From assembly GCA_937138605.1 (NCBI GenBank), contig CAKZPH010000021.1, positions 1 through 51,670 on the forward strand: a stretch of 51,670 nt of DNA. Direction: 5' to 3'. The position numbers and the translations under genes are program-made. Positions within the stretch are counted from its first letter, which is position 1; each line of letters begins with the position of its first letter. Shown here in pieces: positions 18,826-28,115 of the stretch. The stretch is from an uncultured Ignavibacteriales bacterium. GTDB lineage: Bacteria; Bacteroidota; Ignavibacteria; Ch128b. The notes beneath the pieces are model-generated. The model saw only the letters and a program-made list of their open reading frames with translations. It was not told the origin of the DNA and ran no database searches.

Positions 18826-20220
18826 ATGATTATTGTAAAAAAAGCAACTTTTATAATCCTTACAGCAACAGTTTCACTGTACAGTCAAATAATTCCACAG
18901 GTCAATATACCTCTAACAATTACAGATGGTACAAGAACAAAGACTTTGTACTTTGGTTTAGACCCATCTGCTACAGATGGTATCGATCCACATCTGGACG
19001 AAATGGAACAACCACCACTTCCTCCGTCAGGTGTATTTGATGCAAGATTTATTGGAACCGACATTAACATCCCTCAACTCGGTGAGGGCGTCTTAAAAGA
19101 TTATCGCTTTGGCTACGATACTACTAAAGGACAAAGAATTCACGAATTGAGATACCAAGTTGGAACAGGAAATACAATTACAATTATATGGAATTTCCCA
19201 TCGGGAGTTACAGGACTTTTACAAGATTTTTTTGGTGGAGTTGTAGTTAACGTTAACATGACTGGCTCGGGTAACACTGTTGTTACTAATCCCGGCATTA
19301 TAAATAAATTAAAAATGACAATCACATACAACTTAACTGGCAATTTACTTCCATCACCTCCAACTCTCAGATCACCACTTAGTGGGTCAATAAATCAACC
19401 TACAAATTTAAACTTACAGTGGACTCAAGTTAGTGGTGCTGTTAGATATCATCTACAGGTTGCCCTTGATTCGACCTTTAACAACCTCATCATTAATGAT
19501 TCAACTATTCAAACAAACTCACACAATGTACAACTTCAAAACGATAAACTTTATTACTGGCGAGTTAGAGCAAGAAATAATGCAGGTTGGAGTACATTTT
19601 CGACCATTTGGAATTTCAGAACAATTATGCCACCTCCTTCAAAACCGCAATTACATTCACCTCCCAAGGGTGCATTTGGATTGTCAACTCCAATTCAACT
19701 AAAATGGTTCGTTGTAACTTATACAAATGAATATCTTTTAATTGTTAGTAAAGATTCCTCTATTACAGATATTGTATTAAACAAGAGTCTGACCGATACT
19801 TCTTTTTTACTAACAAACCTTTTACCAAACACAACTTATTACTGGAAGGTCGAAGCAACTAATTCAGCTGGCACTTCTTCTTCTGACATTTGGTACTTCA
19901 CTACTTTAGGTACATCAGTTCATAATCATGATTTCCAGAAAAAGATTTTTTTTCTACATAATAACTTTCCAAATCCTTTTAATGGAAAAACAAAAATTGC
20001 TTATTCTATTCCTGAAGACTCTTTTGTAAAATTCAGAATATTCAATATAAATGGAGAGGAATTATATAGACTTGAAGACTTTAAAGTTGCTGGTTCTTAT
20101 AGTTATGAAATTGACTTTACTACAATTAAATCAGAAAAAACTTTAGCGAGTGGTTTCTATTTTTATCAGCTTCAATCAGAAAAATATGTCGATACCAAGA
20201 AAATGATATTTCTTAAATAA
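18826..20220 (+). CDS. secreted T9SS cargo protein: N-terminal unknown domain, two FN3-like modules, C-terminal sorting domain
   Basis: 464-aa ORF with a signal peptide and two ~90-aa modules ending YYWRV/YYWKV...W.F.T. The C-terminal FPNPFNGKTKIAYSI...GFYFYQL...KKMIFLK is typical of T9SS CTDs. Confidence 0.7.
   Translation: MIIVKKATFIILTATVSLYSQIIPQVNIPLTITDGTRTKTLYFGLDPSATDGIDPHLDEMEQPPLPPSGVFDARFIGTDINIPQLGEGVLKDYRFGYDTTKGQRIHELRYQVGTGNTITIIWNFPSGVTGLLQDFFGGVVVNVNMTGSGNTVVTNPGIINKLKMTITYNLTGNLLPSPPTLRSPLSGSINQPTNLNLQWTQVSGAVRYHLQVALDSTFNNLIINDSTIQTNSHNVQLQNDKLYYWRVRARNNAGWSTFSTIWNFRTIMPPPSKPQLHSPPKGAFGLSTPIQLKWFVVTYTNEYLLIVSKDSSITDIVLNKSLTDTSFLLTNLLPNTTYYWKVEATNSAGTSSSDIWYFTTLGTSVHNHDFQKKIFFLHNNFPNPFNGKTKIAYSIPEDSFVKFRIFNINGEELYRLEDFKVAGSYSYEIDFTTIKSEKTLASGFYFYQLQSEKYVDTKKMIFLK
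19357..19905 (+). repeat. two tandem protein-level FN3-like modules (approximate boundaries 19357-19623 and 19636-19905)
   Basis: Shared pattern L.SP..G.......L.W..V..A..Y.L.(V/A)..DS.F.........T......L...T.YYW(R/K)V.A.N..G...(S/W)..W.F.T, seen by aligning the two segments by eye. Confidence 0.7.
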
Positions 20221-20273
20221 TAATCTTTATAGTAAAGTTTCTTTTACAATACAAACACAAGTTTAGGATAAAC

Positions 20274-20774
20274 ATGAAAAGAATTATTTTCTTTACGTTC
20301 ATATTCGTAACTTTATATAATATAAATTCATCCGCTCAAATTAAAACTATTCCCAATTTTATGCTTGAAGGTATCGATGGAAAAAAATATTCACTTCATG
20401 AATTCCTTAAGGAAGGACCGGTTTATTTATGTTTTTGGGCGCTTTGGTGTATTCCATGTCGAGCAGAATTAAAGGATTTAAATTCCATTCAAACAATGTA
20501 TAAAGACAAGAAAGTTACAATCCTTGCAATTAACATAGACTCACCTAAAAGCACAGCAAAAGTAAGATCCTACGTCTCAACTCAAAAATTTAACTTTAAA
20601 GTACTACTAGACCCAAACTCAAATCTTTTTGAAACATTGAGCGGAAAAAATCTTCCTTATTCACTTCTTGTAAATCAAAATGGTGAAATAATTAAAACTC
20701 GCAACTCATATCTACCTGGAGACAAACAAAGCATAATTGAAGATTTTGATCAAATTTTAAAATCAATCAAATAA
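20274..20774 (+). CDS. TlpA/ResA-family periplasmic thiol:disulfide oxidoreductase
   Basis: 166-aa ORF with a signal peptide and thioredoxin-fold active site LCFWALWCIPCRAELKDL. AGGA lies upstream of the ATG. Confidence 0.85.
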   Translation: MKRIIFFTFIFVTLYNINSSAQIKTIPNFMLEGIDGKKYSLHEFLKEGPVYLCFWALWCIPCRAELKDLNSIQTMYKDKKVTILAINIDSPKSTAKVRSYVSTQKFNFKVLLDPNSNLFETLSGKNLPYSLLVNQNGEIIKTRNSYLPGDKQSIIEDFDQILKSIK

Positions 20775-20786
20775 AAAGGAAGTCAT

Positions 20787-22403
20787 TTGAAAATATACAC
20801 TATTACTTTCATAATTTTTTTAACCATCTCAAAACTCTTTTCTCAGAACATTTCCATTTCTGCTTCAAATCAACTCAAAGCTGGAAGTGGCTACGAAATA
20901 GGTGGAGTTTATCTACACAAAAACAAAAAAAATTACTTTGATAATATTTCTGACTTTAGATTGTTTTTACCAAACACCGCAATCGGTTTTCGTTTGGAAT
21001 ATGCTAATCCACCTGAATTTGGCTTAAAATTCGTTGGAATTAGAGACGTTTTTGTTGATTATGTTAAAGATAATTTTAATATCAGAGCTGGTTACATAAA
21101 TGATTTATTCGCTCGTGGACTTTCATTAAACCTATTTAGAAAGAGAGAACTAGCTTTTGATTCAGGAATAGAAGGTCTCAGAATTGGCTACGAAGGTAAG
21201 TTTATTTCTGGTAAGGTAATCGGAGGTGATTTGAATTTTGTTGATCCAACGAACATTTTTATTAATAACCCAATTACTGAAAATTATAAAATAAGAGGCT
21301 TGAACCTCGAGATCAGGCCAATAACTTATCTTTTAATTGGTGGGAATTTTGTTCATACTGAAGGATTCATTCCATCACCTATTTCCACACTAGATTCAAT
21401 TGAAGCGAACATCCCTGAGATTTATTTAAAATCAAAAATTTCTGATTTTGACTTTTTCATTTCGTACGCTATAAAAAGAACATTACAAAAAAATTCTTCC
21501 ACTAAAAAAGGTTCCGGTTTATATTCAAGCTTTTCTTACGCAGGAGAAAAAATTGGATTAACAATTGAGTACAAAGATTATAGATTTGATATAGTCAATC
21601 CTATTAAACGAGCTGATGTTTTTAGACCAACTCGTGCGCTTCCATTTCAAAATCCCCCAACAGTCCATAAAGAACATTCATTTACATTACTTCAAAGATT
21701 TCCTCATGTTGTTGATTTTAACGATGAAGTGGGATTACAACTCGATGCATTTTTTTCTATTACAAACAGCACTACATTGAATACTAATTTTTCATTGGCA
21801 AGCAGACATTTTGATTATGAGAAGGGATTGAATCCACTAGAATTTAATCAAAAAAGATTAGGAATCGATTGGCTTCCATCACTGGATCGAAAGAGATCAC
21901 CTTTCTGGGAAATTTATTTTGATATCGAACATTTTTATGATGATGCCGATTCCTATGTTAGATTGGGCTTGAATCGCAGATCAAAAATTTTCTACGAAAA
22001 TTTGGGCTTTTACGTTTCTGATCTTTCCCTGCGGACACTGACGTTACCTGCAGAAATTCAACACCGATGGAATAGTTACCTTGTAACAAAATTGACTTCC
22101 GAATCTCAATGGGTCTTTGAGTACACTGATGATAAAAAATATTATAACCACCTTGTTGGACTTTCAGGTAATTTATTTTCTAAATTAACAGTTGGATTTA
22201 GATACGAGAAAACAACAAGCAAGTACGAGCCTGAGGGAAGAAAGGATTGGTTTGTAGTTGAATTTGGCTATCGTTTTGGCATGGCAAATTCAATTATTAT
22301 TAATTATGGCCGGGAAAGAGGTGGAAAAGTTTGTACACAGGGAATTTGTAGAGAAATTTTACCTTATAATGGTTTAAGATTAAATATTAATACAAATTTA
22401 TGA
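20787..22403 (+). CDS. predicted outer-membrane beta-barrel protein of unknown function (DUF6029-like by recollection)
   Basis: 538-aa ORF. TTG start preceded by AAGGAAG, a signal peptide, alternating amphipathic beta-strand pattern throughout, and a Cys pair GGKVCTQGICREILPYNG near the C-terminus. Confidence 0.5.
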   Translation: MKIYTITFIIFLTISKLFSQNISISASNQLKAGSGYEIGGVYLHKNKKNYFDNISDFRLFLPNTAIGFRLEYANPPEFGLKFVGIRDVFVDYVKDNFNIRAGYINDLFARGLSLNLFRKRELAFDSGIEGLRIGYEGKFISGKVIGGDLNFVDPTNIFINNPITENYKIRGLNLEIRPITYLLIGGNFVHTEGFIPSPISTLDSIEANIPEIYLKSKISDFDFFISYAIKRTLQKNSSTKKGSGLYSSFSYAGEKIGLTIEYKDYRFDIVNPIKRADVFRPTRALPFQNPPTVHKEHSFTLLQRFPHVVDFNDEVGLQLDAFFSITNSTTLNTNFSLASRHFDYEKGLNPLEFNQKRLGIDWLPSLDRKRSPFWEIYFDIEHFYDDADSYVRLGLNRRSKIFYENLGFYVSDLSLRTLTLPAEIQHRWNSYLVTKLTSESQWVFEYTDDKKYYNHLVGLSGNLFSKLTVGFRYEKTTSKYEPEGRKDWFVVEFGYRFGMANSIIINYGRERGGKVCTQGICREILPYNGLRLNINTNL

Positions 22404-22413
22404 GGAAAATAAC

Positions 22414-24024
22414 ATGAAAAAATTAATACTAACATTGATCGTTACACTCGCCGTTTTTGTAAAAGTCGTTGCTTTTGAAAGAACAGTTTTAACAGAAATT
22501 TTTACAAGCACTACATGTCCCCCATGTGCAACGCAAAATCCAATTTTTGATAACTGGCTTAAGAATTCGCCCAATGCTCATAGAATTGCAGTAATAAAAT
22601 ACCATACGTGGTGGCCCAGTCCAGGTAATGACCCGTTTTATCTTGCAAATACAGCAGATAATAGTGCTCGCGTATCTTATTATGGTACTAATTATGTTCC
22701 TCGCGGCATAATTAATGGCACAAATGATGGTACCTCTTCTGCATCTACATGGATAACCCACATTCAAAATCAACTTAATACAACAGCATTGTTTAAGCTC
22801 GCAGCTTATGGAAATTTAGATTCAATAAACGGCGGAAATATTAATATTGTAATTACATCGGGTTCAACTGTTCCAACAGGTACTCTTGTTCTTCATGTAG
22901 TTATTGTTGAATCAGATCTATATTACACTGGAACTAATGGTGACCCGGTTCATCATTTTGTTTTGCGTAAAATGTACCCTGATGCAAATGGCGAAGCATT
23001 TACAATAGGAGCAAATCAATCTAAAACAATTACTAGAAGTATTACTTGGAATTCCAGCTGGAAGTTAAGTAATTCACACATTGTCGCTTTCATCCAAAAC
23101 CGAAACACAAGAGAAGTTTATCAAGCTATAATTCGTAAAACTAAAGAAACTATGAGTAAGCCTAATTTAGTATTACCATTAAATGGTGTTTTAAATCAAC
23201 CTGTAAATATTACACTCATTTGGAATAAAGTATCTCGTGCAACAAATTATGTACTTGAACTTGCTACAGATAGTTTATTTATTAACAAATTATTCTCCGA
23301 TTCATCGCTAACTGATACATTCAAAACGTTTTCAAAACTCAATCGCGAAACAAGATATTACTGGCGTGTAAAGGCATTGTCCAATTCAGCAATAAGTGAC
23401 TGGTCAGAAACAAGATCATTTAAAACTATACCCAATACTGCGCCAGCAAAAGTCACACTTATTTCTCCATCGAATGGAGAAACAATTCCGATTACCTCAC
23501 CTATTAACTTTACCTGGTATGTCGCTCAACCTGACGCAGAACAATATCTACTAGAATGTGCTACAGATTCAAATTTCTATAACAAAGTCATTGTAGATTC
23601 TAACATTACTCAAACTACGACTACAAAACAAGTTAATCAAACAGGTAAATATTTCTGGCGAGTAAAAGCAAAAAATGGATTAGGTTGGGGTGAGTTTAGC
23701 GACGCTTGGTGGTTTATGTCAACGACCTCATCCGTCAAAGATCAGATACCTACTGACTATGCACTTTTCCAAAATTATCCGAATCCTTTTAATCCCTCAA
23801 CAACAATAAAATTTAATCTTGCCCAAAGTGGATTAACTTCATTAAAAATTTATGATATGTTTGGCAAAGAAATTAGAACCATGATTAACGAATTTCTTAA
23901 TGCCGGAGAATACGTAATACAATTTTCAATCGACAAAAGTACTAACTATTCTTCAGGAATTTATTTCTATGAATTAAGATCTAATAATTTCGTGCAAACC
24001 AAAAAAATGGTTTTGATTAAATGA
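22414..24024 (+). CDS. Omp28-related/thioredoxin-like (CPPC) surface protein with two FN3-like modules and T9SS C-terminal domain
   Basis: 536-aa ORF with GAGGAAA SD and a signal peptide. N-terminal VLTEIFTSTTCPPCATQNP, two modules ending YYWRVKA / YFWRVKA, and the CTD NYPNPFNPSTTIKFNL...GIYFYEL...KKMVLIK. Confidence 0.65.
   Translation: MKKLILTLIVTLAVFVKVVAFERTVLTEIFTSTTCPPCATQNPIFDNWLKNSPNAHRIAVIKYHTWWPSPGNDPFYLANTADNSARVSYYGTNYVPRGIINGTNDGTSSASTWITHIQNQLNTTALFKLAAYGNLDSINGGNINIVITSGSTVPTGTLVLHVVIVESDLYYTGTNGDPVHHFVLRKMYPDANGEAFTIGANQSKTITRSITWNSSWKLSNSHIVAFIQNRNTREVYQAIIRKTKETMSKPNLVLPLNGVLNQPVNITLIWNKVSRATNYVLELATDSLFINKLFSDSSLTDTFKTFSKLNRETRYYWRVKALSNSAISDWSETRSFKTIPNTAPAKVTLISPSNGETIPITSPINFTWYVAQPDAEQYLLECATDSNFYNKVIVDSNITQTTTTKQVNQTGKYFWRVKAKNGLGWGEFSDAWWFMSTTSSVKDQIPTDYALFQNYPNPFNPSTTIKFNLAQSGLTSLKIYDMFGKEIRTMINEFLNAGEYVIQFSIDKSTNYSSGIYFYELRSNNFVQTKKMVLIK
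23158..23721 (+). repeat. two tandem FN3-like modules, same family as 19357-19905 (approximate 23158-23427 and 23440-23721)
   Basis: Same consensus as in the 18826 gene (L.W..V..A..Y.LE.ATDS.F.........T......YYWRVKA.N..G..WS....F.T). Confidence 0.7.
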
Positions 24025-24154
24025 AACCTCAAATTACAATCTGACTCACAAGGCATTAGATAATTAAACCTTGAAAAGGGTATGTAATTTGACATATATA
24101 AATTTCTTTTTAAATTGATGCAATAAGTTAGTCCGGAACTTATAAGATATGACT

Positions 24155-24177
24155 AACTTCTTTTTACGAAAGAAGTT
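24155..24177 (+). terminator. hairpin downstream of the 22414-24024 gene (possible terminator, no U-tract)
   Basis: aacttcttt / aaagaagtt form a 9-bp stem with a 5-nt loop (ttacg). The 5' arm overlaps the 3' arm of a second 9-bp hairpin (24125-24133 / 24151-24159). Confidence 0.3.
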
Positions 24178-24309
24178 GAAGTCTAATTTCTATTAATAAA
24201 TCAGACTTAAAAATTTCATTATAGAATGTAAAAGAATTGTGTCCCTGCAATTATTCATCTAAAATTAGTTTTAGAATTTGATTTATTAAATGAGCTAAAA
24301 AAGTAAAAT

Positions 24310-25278
24310 ATGATAGCCAGGAAAAGAGCCATTAGAAATAAAACAATAGAGCTGACACAGAAAGAATTTCGTGAATTCAAAAAAAAGCTAATTAAGGTTA
24401 AAACAAGAGTAACCCCTGAAACAATAACCAACAAAATTATAAATCAAAATTTCTTTGAGGTTATTGATTTTCTTCCAGAAAATTTTGTTGATCTTCTTTA
24501 TATTGACCCACCGTATAATCTCGATAAAAATTTTTCTGTATTAAAAGAATCAAAAAGTAACTATTTCAAAGAGTTAAAACCCACAGATTATAAAATCTGG
24601 TTCGAAGGTTGGTTTTCAAAACTCTTAAAAGTATTAAAACCAACTGCATCTGTTTATTTGTGTAGTGACTGGCGATCAACATACTTAATTCAGGATGTAT
24701 TAAATAATCATTTAATTATCCGAAACAGAATCACATGGGAAAGAGAGAAAGGTCGTGGTTCAAAATTTAATTGGAAAAATTGTTCCGAAGATATTCTATT
24801 TGCTACGGTTTCAAATAAATATACATTCAATGCTGAATTAGTAAAATTAAAAAGAAAAGTGTTTGCACCTTATCGAGACGAAAATGGTAATCCTAAAGAT
24901 TGGAAAGATGGATTTAGATTAACTTACTCTTCAAATCTTTGGACAGATATTTCAGTTCCATTCTGGTCAATGCCAGAGAATACAGATCATCCAACTCAAA
25001 AACCTGAAAAGTTACTTGCCAAAATAATTCTTGCAAGTTCAAATGAAGGGGATCTTATTTTCGATCCATTTTTAGGTTCAGGAACAAGCGCCGTAGTTGC
25101 AAAGAAACTGAAAAGAAATTATTGTGGAGTTGAGCTAGACACTTATTACTGCTGCATTGCTGAAAAAAGAATACAGCTTGCTGAAAAAGATAATCGCATA
25201 CAAGGATTTGAAAATGGTGTTTTCTGGGAAAGAAATACTTTTAGCTTAATTAGAAGAAAGTTTAATAATAATGAATAA
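24310..25278 (+). CDS. beta-class DNA methyltransferase (N6-adenine/N4-cytosine; DPPY type), no partner endonuclease
   Basis: 322-aa ORF. Motif IV LLYIDPPYNL (aa 62-71) precedes HPTQKPEKLL and motif I FDPFLGSGTSAVVA (aa 251-264). This order is the circular permutation of beta-class amino-MTases. Confidence 0.85.
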   Translation: MIARKRAIRNKTIELTQKEFREFKKKLIKVKTRVTPETITNKIINQNFFEVIDFLPENFVDLLYIDPPYNLDKNFSVLKESKSNYFKELKPTDYKIWFEGWFSKLLKVLKPTASVYLCSDWRSTYLIQDVLNNHLIIRNRITWEREKGRGSKFNWKNCSEDILFATVSNKYTFNAELVKLKRKVFAPYRDENGNPKDWKDGFRLTYSSNLWTDISVPFWSMPENTDHPTQKPEKLLAKIILASSNEGDLIFDPFLGSGTSAVVAKKLKRNYCGVELDTYYCCIAEKRIQLAEKDNRIQGFENGVFWERNTFSLIRRKFNNNE

Positions 25279-25795
25279 CACTTTTCCTGTAGCTAAAGGT
25301 ATTTCCATATGGTTAAAATTTGGGAAAAACTACGAATTAATTTTACAAAATTTAATTGATGAATTAGCGTTAAAGTTCAAATCTTCTGTCTTCACTCCAC
25401 ACATAACACTATTTAAAGGTCTTGAGAAAAATGAATTAGAAATTGTTTCTTTACTTAATACTTTTTGTATTGATGTTTATTCCTTTAAAGTTGAAATAAA
25501 GAAATTGACTTGGGAAAAAAATTTTTATAAGTCTTTTTTTGCTGAAATAGAAATTAATAATTCTTTGCTATCGATCTATCAAAGAGGTTTAGAAATTTTT
25601 CAAATCAATTCTAATGAAATATTTCTTCCACATGTAAGTTTGATTTATGCTAATCTCGAGGAAGAAGTAAAAGAAAAAATCAAGGAAGAGATATCCGAAA
25701 AATTACCAAGGGAATTATCAATTGATAAGATCGCGGTCGTTAAAACGCAAGGTTTACCAATTGATTGGAGGGAAATTATTTCAGTGATTTTGTGA
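25271..25795 (+). CDS. 2H phosphoesterase superfamily protein (LigT / cyclic phosphodiesterase-like)
   Basis: 174-aa ORF with two H-x-(T/S)-x motifs, TPHITLF (aa 42-48) and LPHVSLIY (aa 119-126), about 77 aa apart. The ATG lies 8 nt inside the MTase gene (ATGAATAA). Confidence 0.65.
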   Translation: MNNTFPVAKGISIWLKFGKNYELILQNLIDELALKFKSSVFTPHITLFKGLEKNELEIVSLLNTFCIDVYSFKVEIKKLTWEKNFYKSFFAEIEINNSLLSIYQRGLEIFQINSNEIFLPHVSLIYANLEEEVKEKIKEEISEKLPRELSIDKIAVVKTQGLPIDWREIISVIL

Positions 25796-25823
25796 AAACT
25801 TATTTTAATAATTTAGTCTTAAT

Positions 25824-28115
25824 TTATAATCTTACTTTTTCTTTCACTTCTGAATAAAGAGTCATTAAAACTCTTTCGTGAGTCATAGGAGCAATAAACT
25901 TTATTTCAAGTCCTGGCCTGAAAACATTCATCGCTTTTAATATTGCAAAAAATGCGCCGATGCCATACATAAACGGTGGTTCACCAACAGCTTTTGATTT
26001 GAAAGGTCCAAAATCATTTGGTGCGTTTTCAAGAAAGTGAATTTCAATTTTTTCAGGAGCACCATAAACATCCGGAATTTTGTAAGTAGAAAGTGAATCT
26101 GTAATTAATTTCCCTCTCTTATCATAAATTATCTCTTCCATTGTCATCCAACCAATACCCTGAACAATTCCACCTTCAATTTGACCTTTATCTACAACTG
26201 GATGTAGAGTTTCTCCAAGATCATGAACAACTTGTACTGAATCTAACTTATAAGTTCCACGCAAACAATCTACTGTAACTTCAATTAATGCAGTACCATA
26301 AACATGATACGCAAACGGATGCCCTTTTGAAGTATCCCTGTCAAAATAAAGACCAGGCGTAGCATGGAATGCATGAGCCGATAAACTTACTCGGTTAACA
26401 TACGCTTTCTGAACAATTTTATTCCATGTAAGGTCTGTCTTTTCTCCTTTGCAATAAACAACTTCATCTTTAAATTCAATTTGATTTTCATCCTCAATTT
26501 TAAGTTCAGTGGCTGCAAGTTTTTTTAATCTTTTAAGAATCGCTTGACACGCTTCCATTGTTGCGAATCCATTTAAGTCAGATCCTTTGCTCGCAGCTGT
26601 TGGAGATGTATTGGCAATGCGTGTTGTATTTGTAGTTTCCAGTTTTATTCGTGTTGGAGGAATTGAAAAAACTCGTGAAGCAATATTGATTAATTTAGCA
26701 TTAACACCCTGTCCCATTTCTACTGCTGCGGTACTTATACTAACACTACCATCTGTGTAAACATGAACAAGAGCTGAGGCTTGATTTAAAAATGTCGTAG
26801 TAAAAGAAATACCAAAACAAACTGGCATTATAGAATATGATTTTTTAATAAATCGATTTTGGTTATTAAACTTTTCGATTCTTCCCTTCACTTCATCAAC
26901 TTTGTAAATTTTTTCAAGAGAATCGTAACAAACTTTTGCACGACAATTTTCTGCTCGTTGTCCATATGGGAACTCATCGCCATCTTTAAGTAAATTAATT
27001 TTTTGTAACTGGTGGTAATCTATTCCCAGAACCTGAGATGCCTTATATAATGCACATTCCATAACAAACATTGCCTGTGGACCACCAAAACCTCGAAATG
27101 CAGTAAAAGGTGGTAGATTTGTCTTACAACTTATTGCTGTAGCCCTAACGTTGGGAATATAATATGAGTTTGTAGTATGAAAAAGTGTTCTTTCAAGTAT
27201 AGCTGGTGACAGATCTGCGGCTGCCCCTGCATTTTGATAATATGTAACTTCATAAGCAACTATTTTACCGTCTTTTTTCAATCCAATCTTAAAATCTGTA
27301 GAATAAGGATGTCGTTTACCTGTAATTCTCATATCTTCCTGTCGCGGTAGAATTAACTTTACAGCAGTTTGTAATTTTTTTGCCGCCATAGCAGTAAGCA
27401 CTGCCCAGTGAGTTGCCTGGTCTTCTTTCCCTCCAAATCCACCTCCTATTCGTAAAACATCCACTTCTATCTTATTCATTGGCATATTTAAGACTCGAGC
27501 AGCAACTCTTTGAACCCCCGTTGGATTTTGAGTTGATGAAAAAATTTTTATACCTTCATTTTCTACTGGAAAAGCAATTGAACCTTGAGTCTCAAGATAT
27601 AAATGCTCTTGTGAACCGGATTCGACTCTATCCTCTACTATTACATCGCATTCTTTCCATGCTTCATCCACGTCTCCAAGTGAAAATACTCTCGGTGGTA
27701 TAATAAGTGACCCCTTTTGAAATGCTTCCCGTGGATCAAATATTGAGGGCAATTCCTCTATGTCGCATTTAATTAATTTTGCAGCGTGTTTTGCTGTAAG
27801 AAAATTATCAGCTACAACAAGAGCAATTGGTTGACCAATAAAATCAACTTCATTTTCTGCCAGTAACACTTCATCTTGAATAATGCCACCAACCTGATTT
27901 TCCCCGGTGATATCTTTGTAAGTAAAAATATAACGAACACCTGGAATTCCTAGAGCATTATCTAAGTTAATTTTTTTAATAATTCCATGAGCAACAGGAG
28001 AGTAAAACACATAAGCATAAAGCACTTTTTCAAAAGGAATGAAATCATATACAAATTGCGATTCTCCTCGAACATGCTTAATGGAATCAAAGTTAATCAT
28101 AATCACACCTCCCAT
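25824..28115 (-). CDS. xanthine dehydrogenase family molybdopterin-binding subunit (XdhB-like)
   Basis: 763-aa ORF with GGGFGGKE, FRGFGGPQ and the C-terminal KAVGEPPF motifs of the molybdenum hydroxylase large subunit. Confidence 0.85.
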   Translation of the reverse strand: MGGVIMINFDSIKHVRGESQFVYDFIPFEKVLYAYVFYSPVAHGIIKKINLDNALGIPGVRYIFTYKDITGENQVGGIIQDEVLLAENEVDFIGQPIALVVADNFLTAKHAAKLIKCDIEELPSIFDPREAFQKGSLIIPPRVFSLGDVDEAWKECDVIVEDRVESGSQEHLYLETQGSIAFPVENEGIKIFSSTQNPTGVQRVAARVLNMPMNKIEVDVLRIGGGFGGKEDQATHWAVLTAMAAKKLQTAVKLILPRQEDMRITGKRHPYSTDFKIGLKKDGKIVAYEVTYYQNAGAAADLSPAILERTLFHTTNSYYIPNVRATAISCKTNLPPFTAFRGFGGPQAMFVMECALYKASQVLGIDYHQLQKINLLKDGDEFPYGQRAENCRAKVCYDSLEKIYKVDEVKGRIEKFNNQNRFIKKSYSIMPVCFGISFTTTFLNQASALVHVYTDGSVSISTAAVEMGQGVNAKLINIASRVFSIPPTRIKLETTNTTRIANTSPTAASKGSDLNGFATMEACQAILKRLKKLAATELKIEDENQIEFKDEVVYCKGEKTDLTWNKIVQKAYVNRVSLSAHAFHATPGLYFDRDTSKGHPFAYHVYGTALIEVTVDCLRGTYKLDSVQVVHDLGETLHPVVDKGQIEGGIVQGIGWMTMEEIIYDKRGKLITDSLSTYKIPDVYGAPEKIEIHFLENAPNDFGPFKSKAVGEPPFMYGIGAFFAILKAMNVFRPGLEIKFIAPMTHERVLMTLYSEVKEKVRL

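Noticed and set aside
22489-22773. 94-aa Cys-rich minus-strand ORF (CRCRRG..., CCICKIK)
   Set aside because: It is antisense to the N-terminal domain of the Omp28-like gene. The Cys richness comes from reverse-complemented Ala/Thr/Gln codons. It has no start context.
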